The notes: generated by a model not told the origin, from the letters alone. A stretch of DNA of 64,000 bases from Spirochaetia bacterium (GCA_965140585.1 OZ223265.1:128001-192000), one strand, 5' to 3'; shown: positions 39,541 through 51,009, counted from the stretch's first letter. Translations and numbers: made by a program.

Positions 39541-40326
39541 CTATTTAAACAGTGTATCTATCATATGAGAAAGGCTGGAGTCATAAGCTGATCTTGATTC
39601 CGGCTTTTTTTTCCCAGTCCGGAAAAGGAATTCCGTATTACCCTTAGTACCCCTGACAGGAGATTCAAGCATAGCTGAAACATAAACTTCTTCAGCGGTT
39701 AAAGCTTCTGCGGTTTCGAGGATTATTTTTTTCAGAATTTTTCTGTCGGTTATTATACCATTAAAATCAGGACCGCCCTTATATTCAAATTGCGGTTTAA
39801 TAAGTGCGATTAGTAAATCATCAAGTGTATTTGAAAGAATATGCCCTGCTGCACCGGAAATAGATCTGAAAGACAGATCTGCAACGGCAAAATGTGCCGC
39901 AGGCGAAAGGTTTTCAACAGACATGATATTGGTTTTTTCCATAACCACTACCCGCTTATCCTGTCTTAATGTGTATGCAAGCTGGTTATACCCGACATCA
40001 ATAGCATAAACAAGTGAGGCTCCATGCTGAAGCAGACAATCAGTGAACCCGCCGGTTGAAGAGCCCGCATCCAGGACAGTCTTTCCCTCTGTGTTGATAT
40101 TCCATTTGGTTAGGGCAAAATCAAGTTTTTCACCTGCTCTTGACACCCATTTCTTCATTTTTAAATTAATTTCCGAATCGAACCTGAACAATCTTCTGTG
40201 TTCTCTGACGGTTTCTCCGTTAACCGAGACTTCTCCGCACAAAACCATAGAATACAGCTCTTTCTCTGAGATTTCAGGATATTTCAACTTAAGAATAGCT
40301 ATTAGCGGTTTAGAAGGATTTTTCAT
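39541..40326 (-). CDS. tlyA: TlyA-family rRNA methyltransferase
   Basis: S4-like N-terminus, VSRAGEKL, LDAGSSTGGFTDCLLQ, LIKPQFE. Confidence 0.93.
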   Translation of the reverse strand: MKNPSKPLIAILKLKYPEISEKELYSMVLCGEVSVNGETVREHRRLFRFDSEINLKMKKWVSRAGEKLDFALTKWNINTEGKTVLDAGSSTGGFTDCLLQHGASLVYAIDVGYNQLAYTLRQDKRVVVMEKTNIMSVENLSPAAHFAVADLSFRSISGAAGHILSNTLDDLLIALIKPQFEYKGGPDFNGIITDRKILKKIILETAEALTAEEVYVSAMLESPVRGTKGNTEFLFRTGKKKPESRSAYDSSLSHMIDTLFK

Positions 40327-41101
40327 TTATCCGCCGTACAGCTGTGGCCTTTCCGGTACTGCTGTCGATCGTAATGAGCACTCCATTTATTGTTGCAGGA
40401 ACATCTTCGATTTCCATTTTAAAAGGCATTTGAGTTAGCTGTCTCTTAACTGCTGTTTCAACATTTGAACCTATAACACTGTGGCCAGGGCCTGTCATAC
40501 CAATATCTGACATATAGGCTGTACCGCCTCCAAGTATTCGTTCGTCCGCAGTCTGAATATGTGTATGAGTTCCTGTTACAGAGCTCACAGAGCCATCAAG
40601 ATACAGCCCCAGAGCTTCTTTTTCCTCAACATTTTCAGCATGAAAATCTACAATGATTATCTTTGTCTCCTGAGAGACTTTTCTTACAAGCTCCTTCGCT
40701 GTTCTGAACGGACAATCAAGATTCCCCATATCTACTCGGCCCTGAAGGTTTATTACACCGATTTTTACACCCTTTCTAGAAATAACACATGAGCCATGCC
40801 CCGGAGCCCCTGAAGGATAATTTGCAGGTCTTAGAAGTTCATCCCTCCTGTCAAGAAGTGGCAGAATTTCTTTTTTCTGCCACACATGATTACCGGTAGT
40901 GATTACATCGACTCCGGCAGAAAATAGCATTTCTGCATTTTCAGGAGTAATTCCAAATCCATCTGCCGCATTCTCTCCATTCGCTATAACAACATCAGCT
41001 CTGGTTTTTCCAATTAGAGTTTTAAGACCTATAAAAACTGCTCTGCAGCCCGGTTGTCCTATGACATCACCAAGCAGCAGAGCATTTACTGTATCAGACA
41101 T
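40310..41101 (-). CDS. ymdB: YmdB-family metallophosphoesterase
   Basis: GDVIG, NGEN, TGNH, DFHAE, GTHTH. Confidence 0.93.
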   Translation of the reverse strand: MSDTVNALLLGDVIGQPGCRAVFIGLKTLIGKTRADVVIANGENAADGFGITPENAEMLFSAGVDVITTGNHVWQKKEILPLLDRRDELLRPANYPSGAPGHGSCVISRKGVKIGVINLQGRVDMGNLDCPFRTAKELVRKVSQETKIIIVDFHAENVEEKEALGLYLDGSVSSVTGTHTHIQTADERILGGGTAYMSDIGMTGPGHSVIGSNVETAVKRQLTQMPFKMEIEDVPATINGVLITIDSSTGKATAVRRINEKSF

Positions 41102-41122
41102 TAATTCAAATTCCCTGGTTGC

Positions 41123-42652
41123 CTACCTGGCATATTCAGTAACTCTTGTCTCCCTGATAATAGTTACCTTAATTCTGCCCGGATAACGCAATTCATCTTC
41201 AATCTTTTTGGCAATATCCTTTGCCAGCAGTTTAGAATCATCATCAGTCACAGATTCATTATTAACCATGATTCTAAGCTCTCTTCCTGCCTGAATGGCA
41301 AAAGCTTTAGTTACACCGCCGAAGCCCTCAGCAATATTTTCAAGGTTTTCAAGTCTCTTTATATAATTATTTAGAGTTTCCCTTCTTGCTCCAGGTCTTG
41401 AGGCCGAAATAGCATCTGCAACCTGAACAATAATAGCTTCGATAGTAGTCGGTTCAATATCATTGTGATGCGAAATAATTGCATTAATTACCCGGGGATC
41501 TTCACCCATCTTCTTTGCAAGACTTGCACCGAGTTCTGCATGATTTTCATCACCTTCACTCTCAATACCCTTGCCAATATCATGGAGAAGCGCACCTCTT
41601 TTAGCAATTTCTACATCTGCACCAACTTCTGAGGCAATCATTCCTGCAATAACTGCAACCTCTTTGGAATGGTCAAGAACATTCTGTGTATAACTTGTTC
41701 TGTACTTTAATCTTCCAAGAGCCCTGATTCCTTCCTGGTGAATATTATGAAGGCCTAAGTCAAAAACAACCTTCTCACCTTCTTCTATGATGGTCTGATT
41801 AATCTCTTTTGTGACTTTGTGAACTACTTCTTCAATTCTGGCGGGATGAATTCTTCCATCAGAAATGAGTCTTTCAAGCGCAGTTCTGGCGATTTCCTTT
41901 CTTACGGGATCAAAACATGAAATTACTACAGCCTCTGGAGTATCATCAATAATGATATCAACACCTGTAAGAGTTTCCAGCGATCTTATATTCCGCCCTT
42001 CACGACCGATAATCCGGCCTTTCATTTCATCATTCGGCAGACTTACTGATGTAATAGTTACATCAGAGCTGACCTCAGTAGCAATACGCTGAATAGTACT
42101 GACAACGATATCTCTGGCCTTTTTCTCTGCATTTTTCTGAGCTTCCTGTTCAACCTTATTGATTAGGACTACAGCATCTTTGCGCGCCTCGTCTTCCATT
42201 GATTTGATAATCAAATCCTTGGCTTCCTCGGTAGAGATTCCGGCTATTTTCTCAAGTTCAGCCTTCCATCGTATTTCTTCTTCTGATAAAACTCTTTCTT
42301 TTTCTTTTAACTTATCCTCTCGTACACTAATCGCACGTTCCTGATTTTCCAGGGACGCGGATTTTTTGTCTAGATTTTCTTCTTTCTGTAACGACCTTCT
42401 CTCAAGTCTTTGTATTTCATTTCTTCTTTCTCTGAGCTCTTTTTCCTGCTGAGCTCTTTCTTTAAGAAGCTGATCCTTAGTCTCAAGCAGCAACTCGCGC
42501 TTTTTGGCTTCTGCTTCTTTCAAAGCATCCTGATTTAGCCGCGCAGCTTTCTGCTCTGAGGAGGACAGCTGAAATCTGGCATAAAGCCATCTAATCGTCC
42601 AACCTAGAACTGTTCCAACGAGAGGAAGGATTATCAACTTAATATCAAGCAT
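41123..42652 (-). CDS. rny: Ribonuclease Y
   Basis: TM, coiled coil, KH (KGRIIGREGRNI) and HD (LLHDIGK) domains. Confidence 0.98.
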   Translation of the reverse strand: MLDIKLIILPLVGTVLGWTIRWLYARFQLSSSEQKAARLNQDALKEAEAKKRELLLETKDQLLKERAQQEKELRERRNEIQRLERRSLQKEENLDKKSASLENQERAISVREDKLKEKERVLSEEEIRWKAELEKIAGISTEEAKDLIIKSMEDEARKDAVVLINKVEQEAQKNAEKKARDIVVSTIQRIATEVSSDVTITSVSLPNDEMKGRIIGREGRNIRSLETLTGVDIIIDDTPEAVVISCFDPVRKEIARTALERLISDGRIHPARIEEVVHKVTKEINQTIIEEGEKVVFDLGLHNIHQEGIRALGRLKYRTSYTQNVLDHSKEVAVIAGMIASEVGADVEIAKRGALLHDIGKGIESEGDENHAELGASLAKKMGEDPRVINAIISHHNDIEPTTIEAIIVQVADAISASRPGARRETLNNYIKRLENLENIAEGFGGVTKAFAIQAGRELRIMVNNESVTDDDSKLLAKDIAKKIEDELRYPGRIKVTIIRETRVTEYAR

Positions 42653-42715
42653 AATCTTCCTCCATTTTAAAGTGAAACTTACCTGAACCAATTATATTTG
42701 AAGAATTTCTATTGG

Positions 42716-45700
42716 TCAAGCAAGTTGTTCTTTTAATATTTTTATATATTCCTCCATACTGCCCTTATCCTTTTTTAATCCTACAAAAAGGTATGCTTCT
42801 GTATCTCTGAATTTTACAGGTATATACAGATATCCGCTAAAATGCACTCTGTCTTCTTTCTTAATTCTTGAATCAATTGCATCTATACCAGTTGTGCTCT
42901 TTTTAATAAAGACGTACTGCTTCCTTTTTATGATCTGCAGGTAAAACGGCTCAGTATCCTTAAAAAACATCAGGGTTCTGCTCTTAGCATCCATACCTAC
43001 TGAATATTCAACCTTTATCTTGTTACCCTGGGATGTGAACACCGCAGCGCATAAAGCATCCATTTTCTGCGTAATTCTTAACAGTGATTTGGATATACCG
43101 GTGATATTCGCACTGAAATTATTGAGGTAAAAATCATAATCAAAACCATCAGGGTTAAAAAGCTGTGAATCGGAAGATTGCTCAATTTCCTTTTCCGGAG
43201 CCTCTGCTGGCAATCCAAGATCAAACAGGTCAACTTCTCTATCTTTAAATATTGATAATGACTCTTCTTCAGCATCTTCCTCAACGCTAATTATAGAATC
43301 AACCAGTTCTTTAAATGTATTATCCTTTGCTACTGAATTAGCAATTGTTTTTTCATTTATCCTGAAAACGCCATCTTCTTCCTGAATACTGTTATCAGAA
43401 GGACCGCCTGTTTTAAGATAAACAGATTCTGCAGATTCCACTTCAATTAGATTTTTCTTAATTACAGATTCTAAATCTTTTAGAAAATCACGTTCAGCAG
43501 GCGAAATTGAAACTTCTTCCTTAACAGTTACTGTATCAGATTCTTTTATCGCTATCGAGGCTGCCGGCTGCATATGCTCCGGCACCCTATCCGCTATAAC
43601 TCTGGAACTTTCCCCCTTAAGAGCGCGGAAATCAATATTATAGTTATAAGAAGTATAGAAATTGTCTGTTCTGCTTCCAGATACAGTGTGCTCAATTTCT
43701 ATTATATTTGAGACCTCTTCATCAGCAGTCTCAAAAGCAGGGAGCTCCTCAAGCTGCTCCTCTACTTCAGAAAGCTCCTTCTCAAACTCCTCTTCATTAA
43801 TATCCTCTGCATCAAGGGTTTCCAGTTCTTCCGAAACGAAGTCTTCATGTACATAATCCTGAGAATCAGTTTCCTCAACTTCTTCAAGTTCATCCAATTC
43901 TTCAAGTTCTTCCAATTCTGCATCATCTACATTTGAAACTTCGATTGATTCAGTTTCTGTTGAAGCAGTTTCGAGCTCTGCAAATTCCTCATCAAGCTCT
44001 TCCAAATCATCCAGTTCTGATAATTCTTCAAGGTCTTCAGGTTCAAGCTCATCTGCAAGATCATCATAATCATTTTCAGCTTCAAGTTCTTCATCATCAA
44101 AAACACCGATATCACCTTCAATATTCTCTTCCTGAAAAAGAATTTCCAAATCAAGCGGTTCGGTTTTTAATAAATTCATATCCGGATAAAGCACTTGTAG
44201 TTTTTCCTGAAGGCTTTCACCGGAAAGCTCTTTATCATTTTCAAGCGCTAATTCTGTTTTATTATCTAACTCTTCAACAAAAATACTATCAGGGCTATTA
44301 AAAACCAAAGACTGTTCTGAATCAGTTCCGATATACTCCGGCTGAATCGCTTCAAGAGCCGCCGGCGCCTCAGCAACTTCAACATCAGCTAAGTCTTCTA
44401 ATTCTTCAGTTTCCAAATCTGAAACAGGCTCAGTGTCTTCTGAGTCTTCAACAGACAAAGACTCTGAATCCGCAATTTCGACAACCTCTGAGAGTTCTTC
44501 ATCTGTTTCATCAAGCTCAGCTAATTCTTCAAGCTCTTCAAGCTCTTCAAGTTCTAAAAGGTCCTCCGGCTCCTCAGCCACTTCAACATCAGCTAAGTCT
44601 TCTAATTCTTCAGTTTCCAAATCTGAAACAGGCTCGGTGTCTTCTGAGTCTTCAACAGACAAAGACTCTGAATCCGCAATTTCTACAACCTCTGAGAGTT
44701 CTTCATCTGTTTCATCAAGCTCAGCTAATTCTTCAAGTTCTTCAAGGTCCTCCGGCTCCTCAGCCGATTCAACATCAGCTAATTCGGCTAATTCTTCAGT
44801 TTCCAAATCTGAAACAAGTTCAGCGTCTTCTATTTCCTCAGCATCCTTAATTTCTTCAATTTCTACAGGTTCGGACTTATCATCAGATTCGACCAAATCT
44901 AAAGGCAGAATTTCTTCACCAAAATCAAGTTCTTCAGTATCTTCAATTTGCTCTACTGCGTTTGTCGTACCACTTACGTTAACAGATGTTGGAGATTGAC
45001 CTGCTCCAGCCGCTGATACAGAGGCAGACAATTTAACATTGTCACCTGATATAACTATATTACTCTTTGATAGAGCTTCTTTGATTATCTCTTCAATATT
45101 TTCCAGCTGTGGTCTGGCAACCGGCTGCTGTATACTTTTTTCAGAAATTAGACTGATAATTTCTTCCCAATTTTTCTCTATTATCTCGTCTGCATCCTTC
45201 TTAGATGCCTTTCTACCAAGACCTTTTTTTATCTGCCTGTTTATAATCTCTTTTTTTTCAATAATATTAGTTTGTACGCCAGTCCAGTCTATTTCTTCTT
45301 TCCGGTCAACAAACTGCTGCAGAAAACTCATTTGAAGCTTCTTTATTCTGTCATTAATAACTATGTCCGAATCTTGATTTATATTAAAGATAAGAAATAC
45401 TATTAGAAAAATTGTTATGCCAAATGCAGCAACTAGTAAAAACTTAAGATTCCTTGTCAGAATAAAATCAACTGAGTCAACTGCAAGACCGCTATAACCT
45501 CCGTTTTCCAAACGGCTGCTGAATATGAATAGTTCTGTGCTCTCATCGGTAACCGGAATAATCACAAAAGCGTCATTTTCATTTTTAAATTTATCTTCAA
45601 TCTCAGCCCTAATATCATTTTTGCCAGCGATATTAAGTCCGGATAGATAACCATTCACTAAAACATTGAAATCTCTTCCAAGTTCAACCGCATTTACTTT

Positions 45701-46309
45701 TATCAAATATTGGTATAAATCCTTTTCTGCTACATAAAATGCGGCTGCACCTTTTAAAGTGTTAATATTGTCATACACCGGGAAAAAGTATTCGAATAAA
45801 GCTTTTTCGGGGTTTGCCATCACAAAAGGACCTTCACTTACCCGCTTAAAAATATCAGTTAATAATATCCCCTCACTCTCTTCATCGAAATTATTATATA
45901 TTTTCTTATATCTGCTGTCTTCTTTAAGGTCCTGAGAAAGTGAGCTATAATGAATATTTCTGTTTTGATCTATGAGACGCATAAAGAGTAAGCCGGGATT
46001 TTCTTTTTTTAATACTGATACAAGATTAGAAGTTGAAAAGATATCTTCCTCACTTATATTTGGAAGATAATTTCTTGCTATTGAACTATTCTCATTGATC
46101 ACAGAAAATGATTCTATCTTTAGAGAGTGATATTTCTCAATGTTGGTTTTTAAAACTTCAGATTCCTGCTGTTTAAAATCCTTCACCCTGGAATGATAGA
46201 AGGTGGTTTCAATATAATCGAAAAGTCCAGAATAGGAGATCACGATAAAACCGGCAAAGAGGATAACACTTATTAATAAACTGACTGCAAATTTCAGTCC
46301 GGATCTCAT
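42716..46309 (-). CDS. Giant acidic membrane protein (two TMs, periplasmic domain, E/D-rich repeats, globular C-terminus)
   Basis: 1197-aa ORF with hydrophobic segments near residues 5-25 and 290-310. Confidence 0.85.
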   Translation of the reverse strand: MRSGLKFAVSLLISVILFAGFIVISYSGLFDYIETTFYHSRVKDFKQQESEVLKTNIEKYHSLKIESFSVINENSSIARNYLPNISEEDIFSTSNLVSVLKKENPGLLFMRLIDQNRNIHYSSLSQDLKEDSRYKKIYNNFDEESEGILLTDIFKRVSEGPFVMANPEKALFEYFFPVYDNINTLKGAAAFYVAEKDLYQYLIKVNAVELGRDFNVLVNGYLSGLNIAGKNDIRAEIEDKFKNENDAFVIIPVTDESTELFIFSSRLENGGYSGLAVDSVDFILTRNLKFLLVAAFGITIFLIVFLIFNINQDSDIVINDRIKKLQMSFLQQFVDRKEEIDWTGVQTNIIEKKEIINRQIKKGLGRKASKKDADEIIEKNWEEIISLISEKSIQQPVARPQLENIEEIIKEALSKSNIVISGDNVKLSASVSAAGAGQSPTSVNVSGTTNAVEQIEDTEELDFGEEILPLDLVESDDKSEPVEIEEIKDAEEIEDAELVSDLETEELAELADVESAEEPEDLEELEELAELDETDEELSEVVEIADSESLSVEDSEDTEPVSDLETEELEDLADVEVAEEPEDLLELEELEELEELAELDETDEELSEVVEIADSESLSVEDSEDTEPVSDLETEELEDLADVEVAEAPAALEAIQPEYIGTDSEQSLVFNSPDSIFVEELDNKTELALENDKELSGESLQEKLQVLYPDMNLLKTEPLDLEILFQEENIEGDIGVFDDEELEAENDYDDLADELEPEDLEELSELDDLEELDEEFAELETASTETESIEVSNVDDAELEELEELDELEEVEETDSQDYVHEDFVSEELETLDAEDINEEEFEKELSEVEEQLEELPAFETADEEVSNIIEIEHTVSGSRTDNFYTSYNYNIDFRALKGESSRVIADRVPEHMQPAASIAIKESDTVTVKEEVSISPAERDFLKDLESVIKKNLIEVESAESVYLKTGGPSDNSIQEEDGVFRINEKTIANSVAKDNTFKELVDSIISVEEDAEEESLSIFKDREVDLFDLGLPAEAPEKEIEQSSDSQLFNPDGFDYDFYLNNFSANITGISKSLLRITQKMDALCAAVFTSQGNKIKVEYSVGMDAKSRTLMFFKDTEPFYLQIIKRKQYVFIKKSTTGIDAIDSRIKKEDRVHFSGYLYIPVKFRDTEAYLFVGLKKDKGSMEEYIKILKEQLA
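44368..44816. repeat. In-frame tandem repeat (units of 204 and 186 bp plus a partial third)
   Basis: Near-identical units begin at 44368, 44572 and 44758; the length difference is two extra 9-bp subrepeats. Confidence 0.9.
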
Positions 46310-46420
46310 TAAACCACTGGTCTCCAGCTAAAAAACATTTATTCCTTTTAATATCGGCACTTAACAGCAAATATTATAGCGCATTTTTGCCAGAGTAACC
46401 GTTATCATAATGCTTTGAGG

Positions 46421-46448
46421 AAAAAAAAGAGGTGCCTTTCAGCACCTC
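46421..46448 (-). terminator. Terminator of the ribosomal alpha operon
   Basis: GAGGTGC...GCACCTC stem plus T8 after rplQ. Confidence 0.85.
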
Positions 46449-46469
46449 CTTTTCAGATATGTTGATTCT

Positions 46470-47063
46470 TTATTTGTCTTCTTCAACTGTTTCGGCGTCT
46501 TCAGCCTTTTCTTCAACTTCAGTAGCTTTATCTTCTACAGCATCTGCTTCAGTTTCTTCAACCGCGGCTTCTTCTACTGCAGCTTCTTCAGTTACAGGAG
46601 CTGTTTCCTTAACAGGAGCATCCTTTTTAACTTCAGTTTTTACTGCGGCCTTAGGCTCAGCTGATTTTTTTGCTTTTGCAGGCTTCTTCTTTTTTGTCTC
46701 AGATTCTTCCTCAGAAACGAGTTCAAGAATAACCATTTCAGCAGCATCGCCTTTCCTGAAACCAAGCTTGTAGATTCTGGTGTACCCACCAGGTCGTGTA
46801 GCATTTCTCGGCCCGATTTCAGTAAAAAGCTTATTAAGAACTTCACCGTCCTTAATATCTTTGTTAATAATCCTTCTATTATGAACAGAATCACTTTTAG
46901 CTCTGGTGATCATCTTCTCAGCAGTTCTTCTGATCTCAAGAGCTTTTGCCTTGGTAGTTGTAATTCTTTCATGTTTGAATAGAGAGGTTACCATATTTCT
47001 ATGTAAAGCCTTTCTGTGGCTTGATTTCCTGCTGAGCTTGTTAAAACCAACTCTATGCTTCAT
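46470..47063 (-). CDS. rplQ: 50S ribosomal protein L17 with long C-terminal tail
   Basis: [12 protein letters not shown]...RPGGYTRI. Confidence 0.97.
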   Translation of the reverse strand: MKHRVGFNKLSRKSSHRKALHRNMVTSLFKHERITTTKAKALEIRRTAEKMITRAKSDSVHNRRIINKDIKDGEVLNKLFTEIGPRNATRPGGYTRIYKLGFRKGDAAEMVILELVSEEESETKKKKPAKAKKSAEPKAAVKTEVKKDAPVKETAPVTEEAAVEEAAVEETEADAVEDKATEVEEKAEDAETVEEDK

Positions 47064-48108
47064 TTGCTTCTTCCTTCTTCGACTGTAATTTTCTTGAAGT
47101 CTTAAGCACGCTGTAATCAGTCATACCAAGACTAAGACCCCATTCACTGAGCTTTTCTTTAATTTCAAGAAGAGATTTTTTACCAAAATTTCTTGTTTTA
47201 GCAATTTCATCTTCACTTCTTCTTGTAAGGTCACCAATTGTCTTAATATTAGCGTTCTTAAGGCAATTACTGGATCTCACTGAAAGTTCAAGCTCTTCAA
47301 CAGGTGTGTCGAGGATAGTTTTGATTCGCTCTTCTTCCTCGTCAACTTCTTCATCACCGCCAATTGCATCTTCATCAAAATTGATGAATATGGTGAAATG
47401 ATCCTTAGCAATTTTTGCAGCCTCAGCAACGGCATCTTCAGGAGAAATTGTACCGTCTGTTTCTACATCAAGTACCAGTTTGTCATAGTCATTTCGCTGA
47501 CCGACTCTTGTATTCTCTATATCGTAACTGACTTTCACTATCGGTGAAAATACTGAATCAATTGCAATTGTTCCAATTACCTCAATGTACTGCTCGTTAA
47601 CCTCTGCAGGGACATAGCCCCTTCCGAGATCAATCTGAACTTCTACATCAAGATTAGCTTTATCCATCAAAGTTGCAATTACAAGATCTTCATTGAAAAT
47701 TTCAATGTCCTCGTCAACTTTAAAATCAGCACCTGTGATTTTTCCGCCGCCCTTGAATTCAAGGTTAAGGATCTTCTGTTCAACTTCTTCAGGAAGCTTG
47801 ATTTTCAGTTTCTTAAGGTTATTAATAACCTCCGGAGTATCTTCTACTACCTCAGGTATTGCCTCAAACTCACTGGAAATCATATGAGGAGTGCCTTCTT
47901 TATCATAACTGGTTATCTTAACTGCTGTCACAGAATAACCCTGTATAGAAGAAAGCAGAATCCTTCTCAGTGTATTTCCGATGGTAGTTCCAAATCCCCT
48001 TTCGAACGGATAAGCTGTAAATCTTCCGATATTATTGCTTAATTCACTGTGCTCAAAGGATATACCTTTCGGCTTCTTAAATCCCTTTAAAAGATTTTTC
48101 CTCGCCAT
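47053..48108 (-). CDS. rpoA: RNA polymerase alpha subunit
   Basis: [31 protein letters not shown]. Confidence 0.98.
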   Translation of the reverse strand: MARKNLLKGFKKPKGISFEHSELSNNIGRFTAYPFERGFGTTIGNTLRRILLSSIQGYSVTAVKITSYDKEGTPHMISSEFEAIPEVVEDTPEVINNLKKLKIKLPEEVEQKILNLEFKGGGKITGADFKVDEDIEIFNEDLVIATLMDKANLDVEVQIDLGRGYVPAEVNEQYIEVIGTIAIDSVFSPIVKVSYDIENTRVGQRNDYDKLVLDVETDGTISPEDAVAEAAKIAKDHFTIFINFDEDAIGGDEEVDEEEERIKTILDTPVEELELSVRSSNCLKNANIKTIGDLTRRSEDEIAKTRNFGKKSLLEIKEKLSEWGLSLGMTDYSVLKTSRKLQSKKEEANEA

Positions 48109-48125
48109 GTGCACTCCCTGTTTTT

Positions 48126-48761
48126 TTATCTTGAATAGAGCTCAACGACCAGCTGCTCATTGATCTCAGCAAGGTCGGCGACATCACTTCTTAATGGTAA
48201 CGCTTTTACGCTTCCTTTCATTGCATCAGGATCTACCTGAAGCCAAGGATAAACACCGGACTTGGTGTATTCTTTCAGACTGTCTTTTATAACAGTAAGT
48301 TTTTTGCTGTTCTCACCAACTTCGATTACGTCGTTTTCCTTTACAATATAGGAGGCGATAGTAACTCTTTTTCCGTTAACAAAGATATGTCCATGAGAAA
48401 CAAGCTGTCTTGCCTGATTTCTTGATGAAGCAAACCTCATTCTGAAAACGATATTATCGAGTCTTCTTTCAAGAAGGACAATAAGGTTTTCACCTGTCTT
48501 TCCCTTCATTTTTTCAGCTTTATCGAAAGTAAGCTTGAACTGTTTCTCAAGCATACCATAAGTTCTTTTAAGCTTCTGTTTTTCCCTGAGCTGAACACCG
48601 TAGTCAGAGAGCTTACCAGCTCTTGTCTTCGGACCCTTTCCAGGAGGATTTCGTTTCTTTGTAATAGGACATTTAGTGCTTCTGCATCTTTCGCCCTTAA
48701 GATAAAGTCTTTTCTTCTCAGCTCTGCACAATCTACACTGTGGCCCTGTATTTCTTGCCAT
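48126..48761 (-). CDS. rpsD: 30S ribosomal protein S4
   Basis: [23 protein letters not shown]. Confidence 0.98.
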   Translation of the reverse strand: MARNTGPQCRLCRAEKKRLYLKGERCRSTKCPITKKRNPPGKGPKTRAGKLSDYGVQLREKQKLKRTYGMLEKQFKLTFDKAEKMKGKTGENLIVLLERRLDNIVFRMRFASSRNQARQLVSHGHIFVNGKRVTIASYIVKENDVIEVGENSKKLTVIKDSLKEYTKSGVYPWLQVDPDAMKGSVKALPLRSDVADLAEINEQLVVELYSR

Positions 48762-48778
48762 TTCCTGTCTCCCTCTAC

Positions 48779-49159
48779 CTATACTCTTCTGCTCTTTCTG
48801 GGTCTGCAGCCGTTATGAGGTATAGGAGTAACATCGATGATACCCTTAACCCACAGTCCAAGATTACCGAGAGATCTGATAGCAGACTCTCTGCCTACAC
48901 CGGGACCCTTTACATATACGTAGACTTCTCTGAGACCGTAATCCATAGCTTTCTTAGCCGCAGTCTCTGCAGTAGTCTGTGCTGCGTAGGGAGTAGATTT
49001 TTTCGCACCCCTGAAACCAAGTCCACCGGCACTTGCCCATGATACAGCATTTCCGTTTAAATCGGTAATTGTAACAATAGTATTGTTAAAAGTAGCCTGA
49101 ATATAGACGTTACCTTCTTGTACCGTCTTTTTATCTTTCTTTTTCTTTACCTTAGCCAA
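48779..49159 (-). CDS. rpsK: 30S ribosomal protein S11
   Basis: [26 protein letters not shown]. Confidence 0.98.
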   Translation of the reverse strand: MAKVKKKKDKKTVQEGNVYIQATFNNTIVTITDLNGNAVSWASAGGLGFRGAKKSTPYAAQTTAETAAKKAMDYGLREVYVYVKGPGVGRESAIRSLGNLGLWVKGIIDVTPIPHNGCRPRKSRRV

Positions 49160-49176
49160 TCTCAATTCCCTCCGAC

Positions 49177-49551
49177 TTATTTACCAGCTTTCTTCTTTCC
49201 AGCAACGGTCTTTTTCTTACCCTTTCTGGTTCTAGCATTGGTCTTTGTTCTCTGACCTCTTACCGGTAAGCCTCTTCTATGTCTAAGACCTCTGTAACAT
49301 CCGATGTCCATGAGTCTCTTAATATTAAGCGCGGTCTCTGTTCGAAGTCTTCCTTCAACTTTATACTCATTATCAAGTATCTGGCGAAGCTTGGCTATAT
49401 CATCACTTGAAAGGTCATTTATATTACTTTCTGGACTGACATCAAGCTTTTTACAGATTTCTAAAGCTGTTGTTCTGCCTATTCCATAGATGTATGTTAA
49501 AGCTATTTTAATCTGTTTATTTGGGAGGTCAACACCCGAAATTCGTGCCAT
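49177..49551 (-). CDS. rpsM: 30S ribosomal protein S13
   Basis: [26 protein letters not shown]. Confidence 0.98.
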   Translation of the reverse strand: MARISGVDLPNKQIKIALTYIYGIGRTTALEICKKLDVSPESNINDLSSDDIAKLRQILDNEYKVEGRLRTETALNIKRLMDIGCYRGLRHRRGLPVRGQRTKTNARTRKGKKKTVAGKKKAGK

Positions 49552-49560
49552 AAAATACTC

Positions 49561-49674
49561 CTACCTCTGTCTCTGTTTGTGTTTTGGATTCTCACACAGT
49601 ATGCGGAGCACACCCCGTCTTCTTATAACCTTGCATTTATCACACATTGGTTTAACACTTGCTCTGACTTTCAT
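49561..49674 (-). CDS. rpmJ: 50S ribosomal protein L36 (below the ORF-track cutoff)
   Basis: Manual translation [37 protein letters not shown]. Confidence 0.97.
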   Translation of the reverse strand: MKVRASVKPMCDKCKVIRRRGVLRILCENPKHKQRQR

Positions 49675-49686
49675 CATCTACCTCTT

Positions 49687-51009
49687 CTAAAGATTCCTTG
49701 ATCTTATTTTTCCTTTCTTCACAAATCCATCCTGATGATGCATCCTGAGATGACCTTCGATCTGTGACATCGTATCCAGGTCAACACCAACCATAATCAG
49801 CAGTGAAGTTCCGCCCAATAACATTGCCGCAGAGGCGGGAAAATTAAATACTGATTGTACAATAGTCGGTATGATCGCTATAAACGCCAGGAAGAGAGCA
49901 CCCGGTAAAATTATCCTGGCAAGTATCTTGTTCAGGTGCTCTTCAAGTTTATCTGATCTGACACCAGGAATCGAACCGCCGTTTTCTCTAATCTGTTTTG
50001 CTATCTCCATGGGGTTTAAAGTTGCCTGAGTATAGAAGTAAGCAAAAAAGATGATCAGCAGCGTATATATAATAAGATAAGCCGGACCTCTAGGTCTTAA
50101 CCAGTAAGCAAAACTGGAAAGCCATTTGACATCTCCGCCAAGACTGTTAGCAATCTGCAAAAGAAACGTCAGAATTGATGACGCAAAAATTACAGGTATA
50201 ACTCCTGACGGGTTAATCTTAAAGGGAATGTAAGTACTTTGAGCACCGTACATTTTTCTTCCGACTACCCTTTTAGCATAGTGAACCGGTATTTTTCGCT
50301 GTCCCTGCTGCTCGTAAATAACAAGTGCAACAACAACTACAAACATTGCAAGAACAATGATTACGAAAACCGGATTAAGAGAATCTTCTCTTACTGCTCT
50401 GATTATTGATACAAACGCATTAGGCATTCTGGCAACGATACCTGCGAAAATTATGAGCGATATACCGTTTCCAACGCCTCTCTGAGTTATCTGTTCACCC
50501 ATCCACATCAGGAACAGAGTTCCTGTAGTTACTGTCAGCATTGCAATAACAGAATAAGCAAGTCTGCTCATTGTAATTGCATCAGGAATCTGATTAGCAT
50601 AAATAGTAACCGCATATGACTGCACGAGACAAACAACTACCGTACCGTACCTTACATATTTCTGTATCTTCTTTCTTCCGCCGTCTTCTTCTGATATTTT
50701 CTTTAAGAAAGGAAATACCATTAAAAGAAGCTGCATGATAATAGACATTGATATATAGGGCATAATACCAAGCATAAAAATAGAGAAGTTTTTGAATCCT
50801 CCACCTGAAAAGAAATCAATATACTCAGTAACTCCTATTCCTCCTGCGGCATCCTGTGACATGAAGTATAACTTCAAAGCGTTCAGGTTAATACCAGGAA
50901 TAGGAATAGCTACACCCAGTCTGTATACTACCAGCATCAGAATAGTAAAAAGGATTCTATCTCTTAAATCCTTTACACGCATCATGTCTGCAAGTTTATT
51001 TCCGGCCAT
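49687..51009 (-). CDS. secY: Preprotein translocase SecY
   Basis: Multi-TM protein; LGIMPYISMSII, GVGNGISLII, GVIPVIFASS. Confidence 0.98.
   Translation of the reverse strand: MAGNKLADMMRVKDLRDRILFTILMLVVYRLGVAIPIPGINLNALKLYFMSQDAAGGIGVTEYIDFFSGGGFKNFSIFMLGIMPYISMSIIMQLLLMVFPFLKKISEEDGGRKKIQKYVRYGTVVVCLVQSYAVTIYANQIPDAITMSRLAYSVIAMLTVTTGTLFLMWMGEQITQRGVGNGISLIIFAGIVARMPNAFVSIIRAVREDSLNPVFVIIVLAMFVVVVALVIYEQQGQRKIPVHYAKRVVGRKMYGAQSTYIPFKINPSGVIPVIFASSILTFLLQIANSLGGDVKWLSSFAYWLRPRGPAYLIIYTLLIIFFAYFYTQATLNPMEIAKQIRENGGSIPGVRSDKLEEHLNKILARIILPGALFLAFIAIIPTIVQSVFNFPASAAMLLGGTSLLIMVGVDLDTMSQIEGHLRMHHQDGFVKKGKIRSRNL

Noticed and set aside
44368-44816. Possible CRISPR array
   Set aside because: Long in-frame coding repeats with no unique spacers and no cas genes
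44433-44999. Ser-rich repetitive plus-strand ORF
   Set aside because: Reverse complement of the Glu-rich repeats in the acidic protein
49675-49686. No adk, map or infA between secY and rpmJ
   Set aside because: Ordinary lineage variation in the spc-alpha junction
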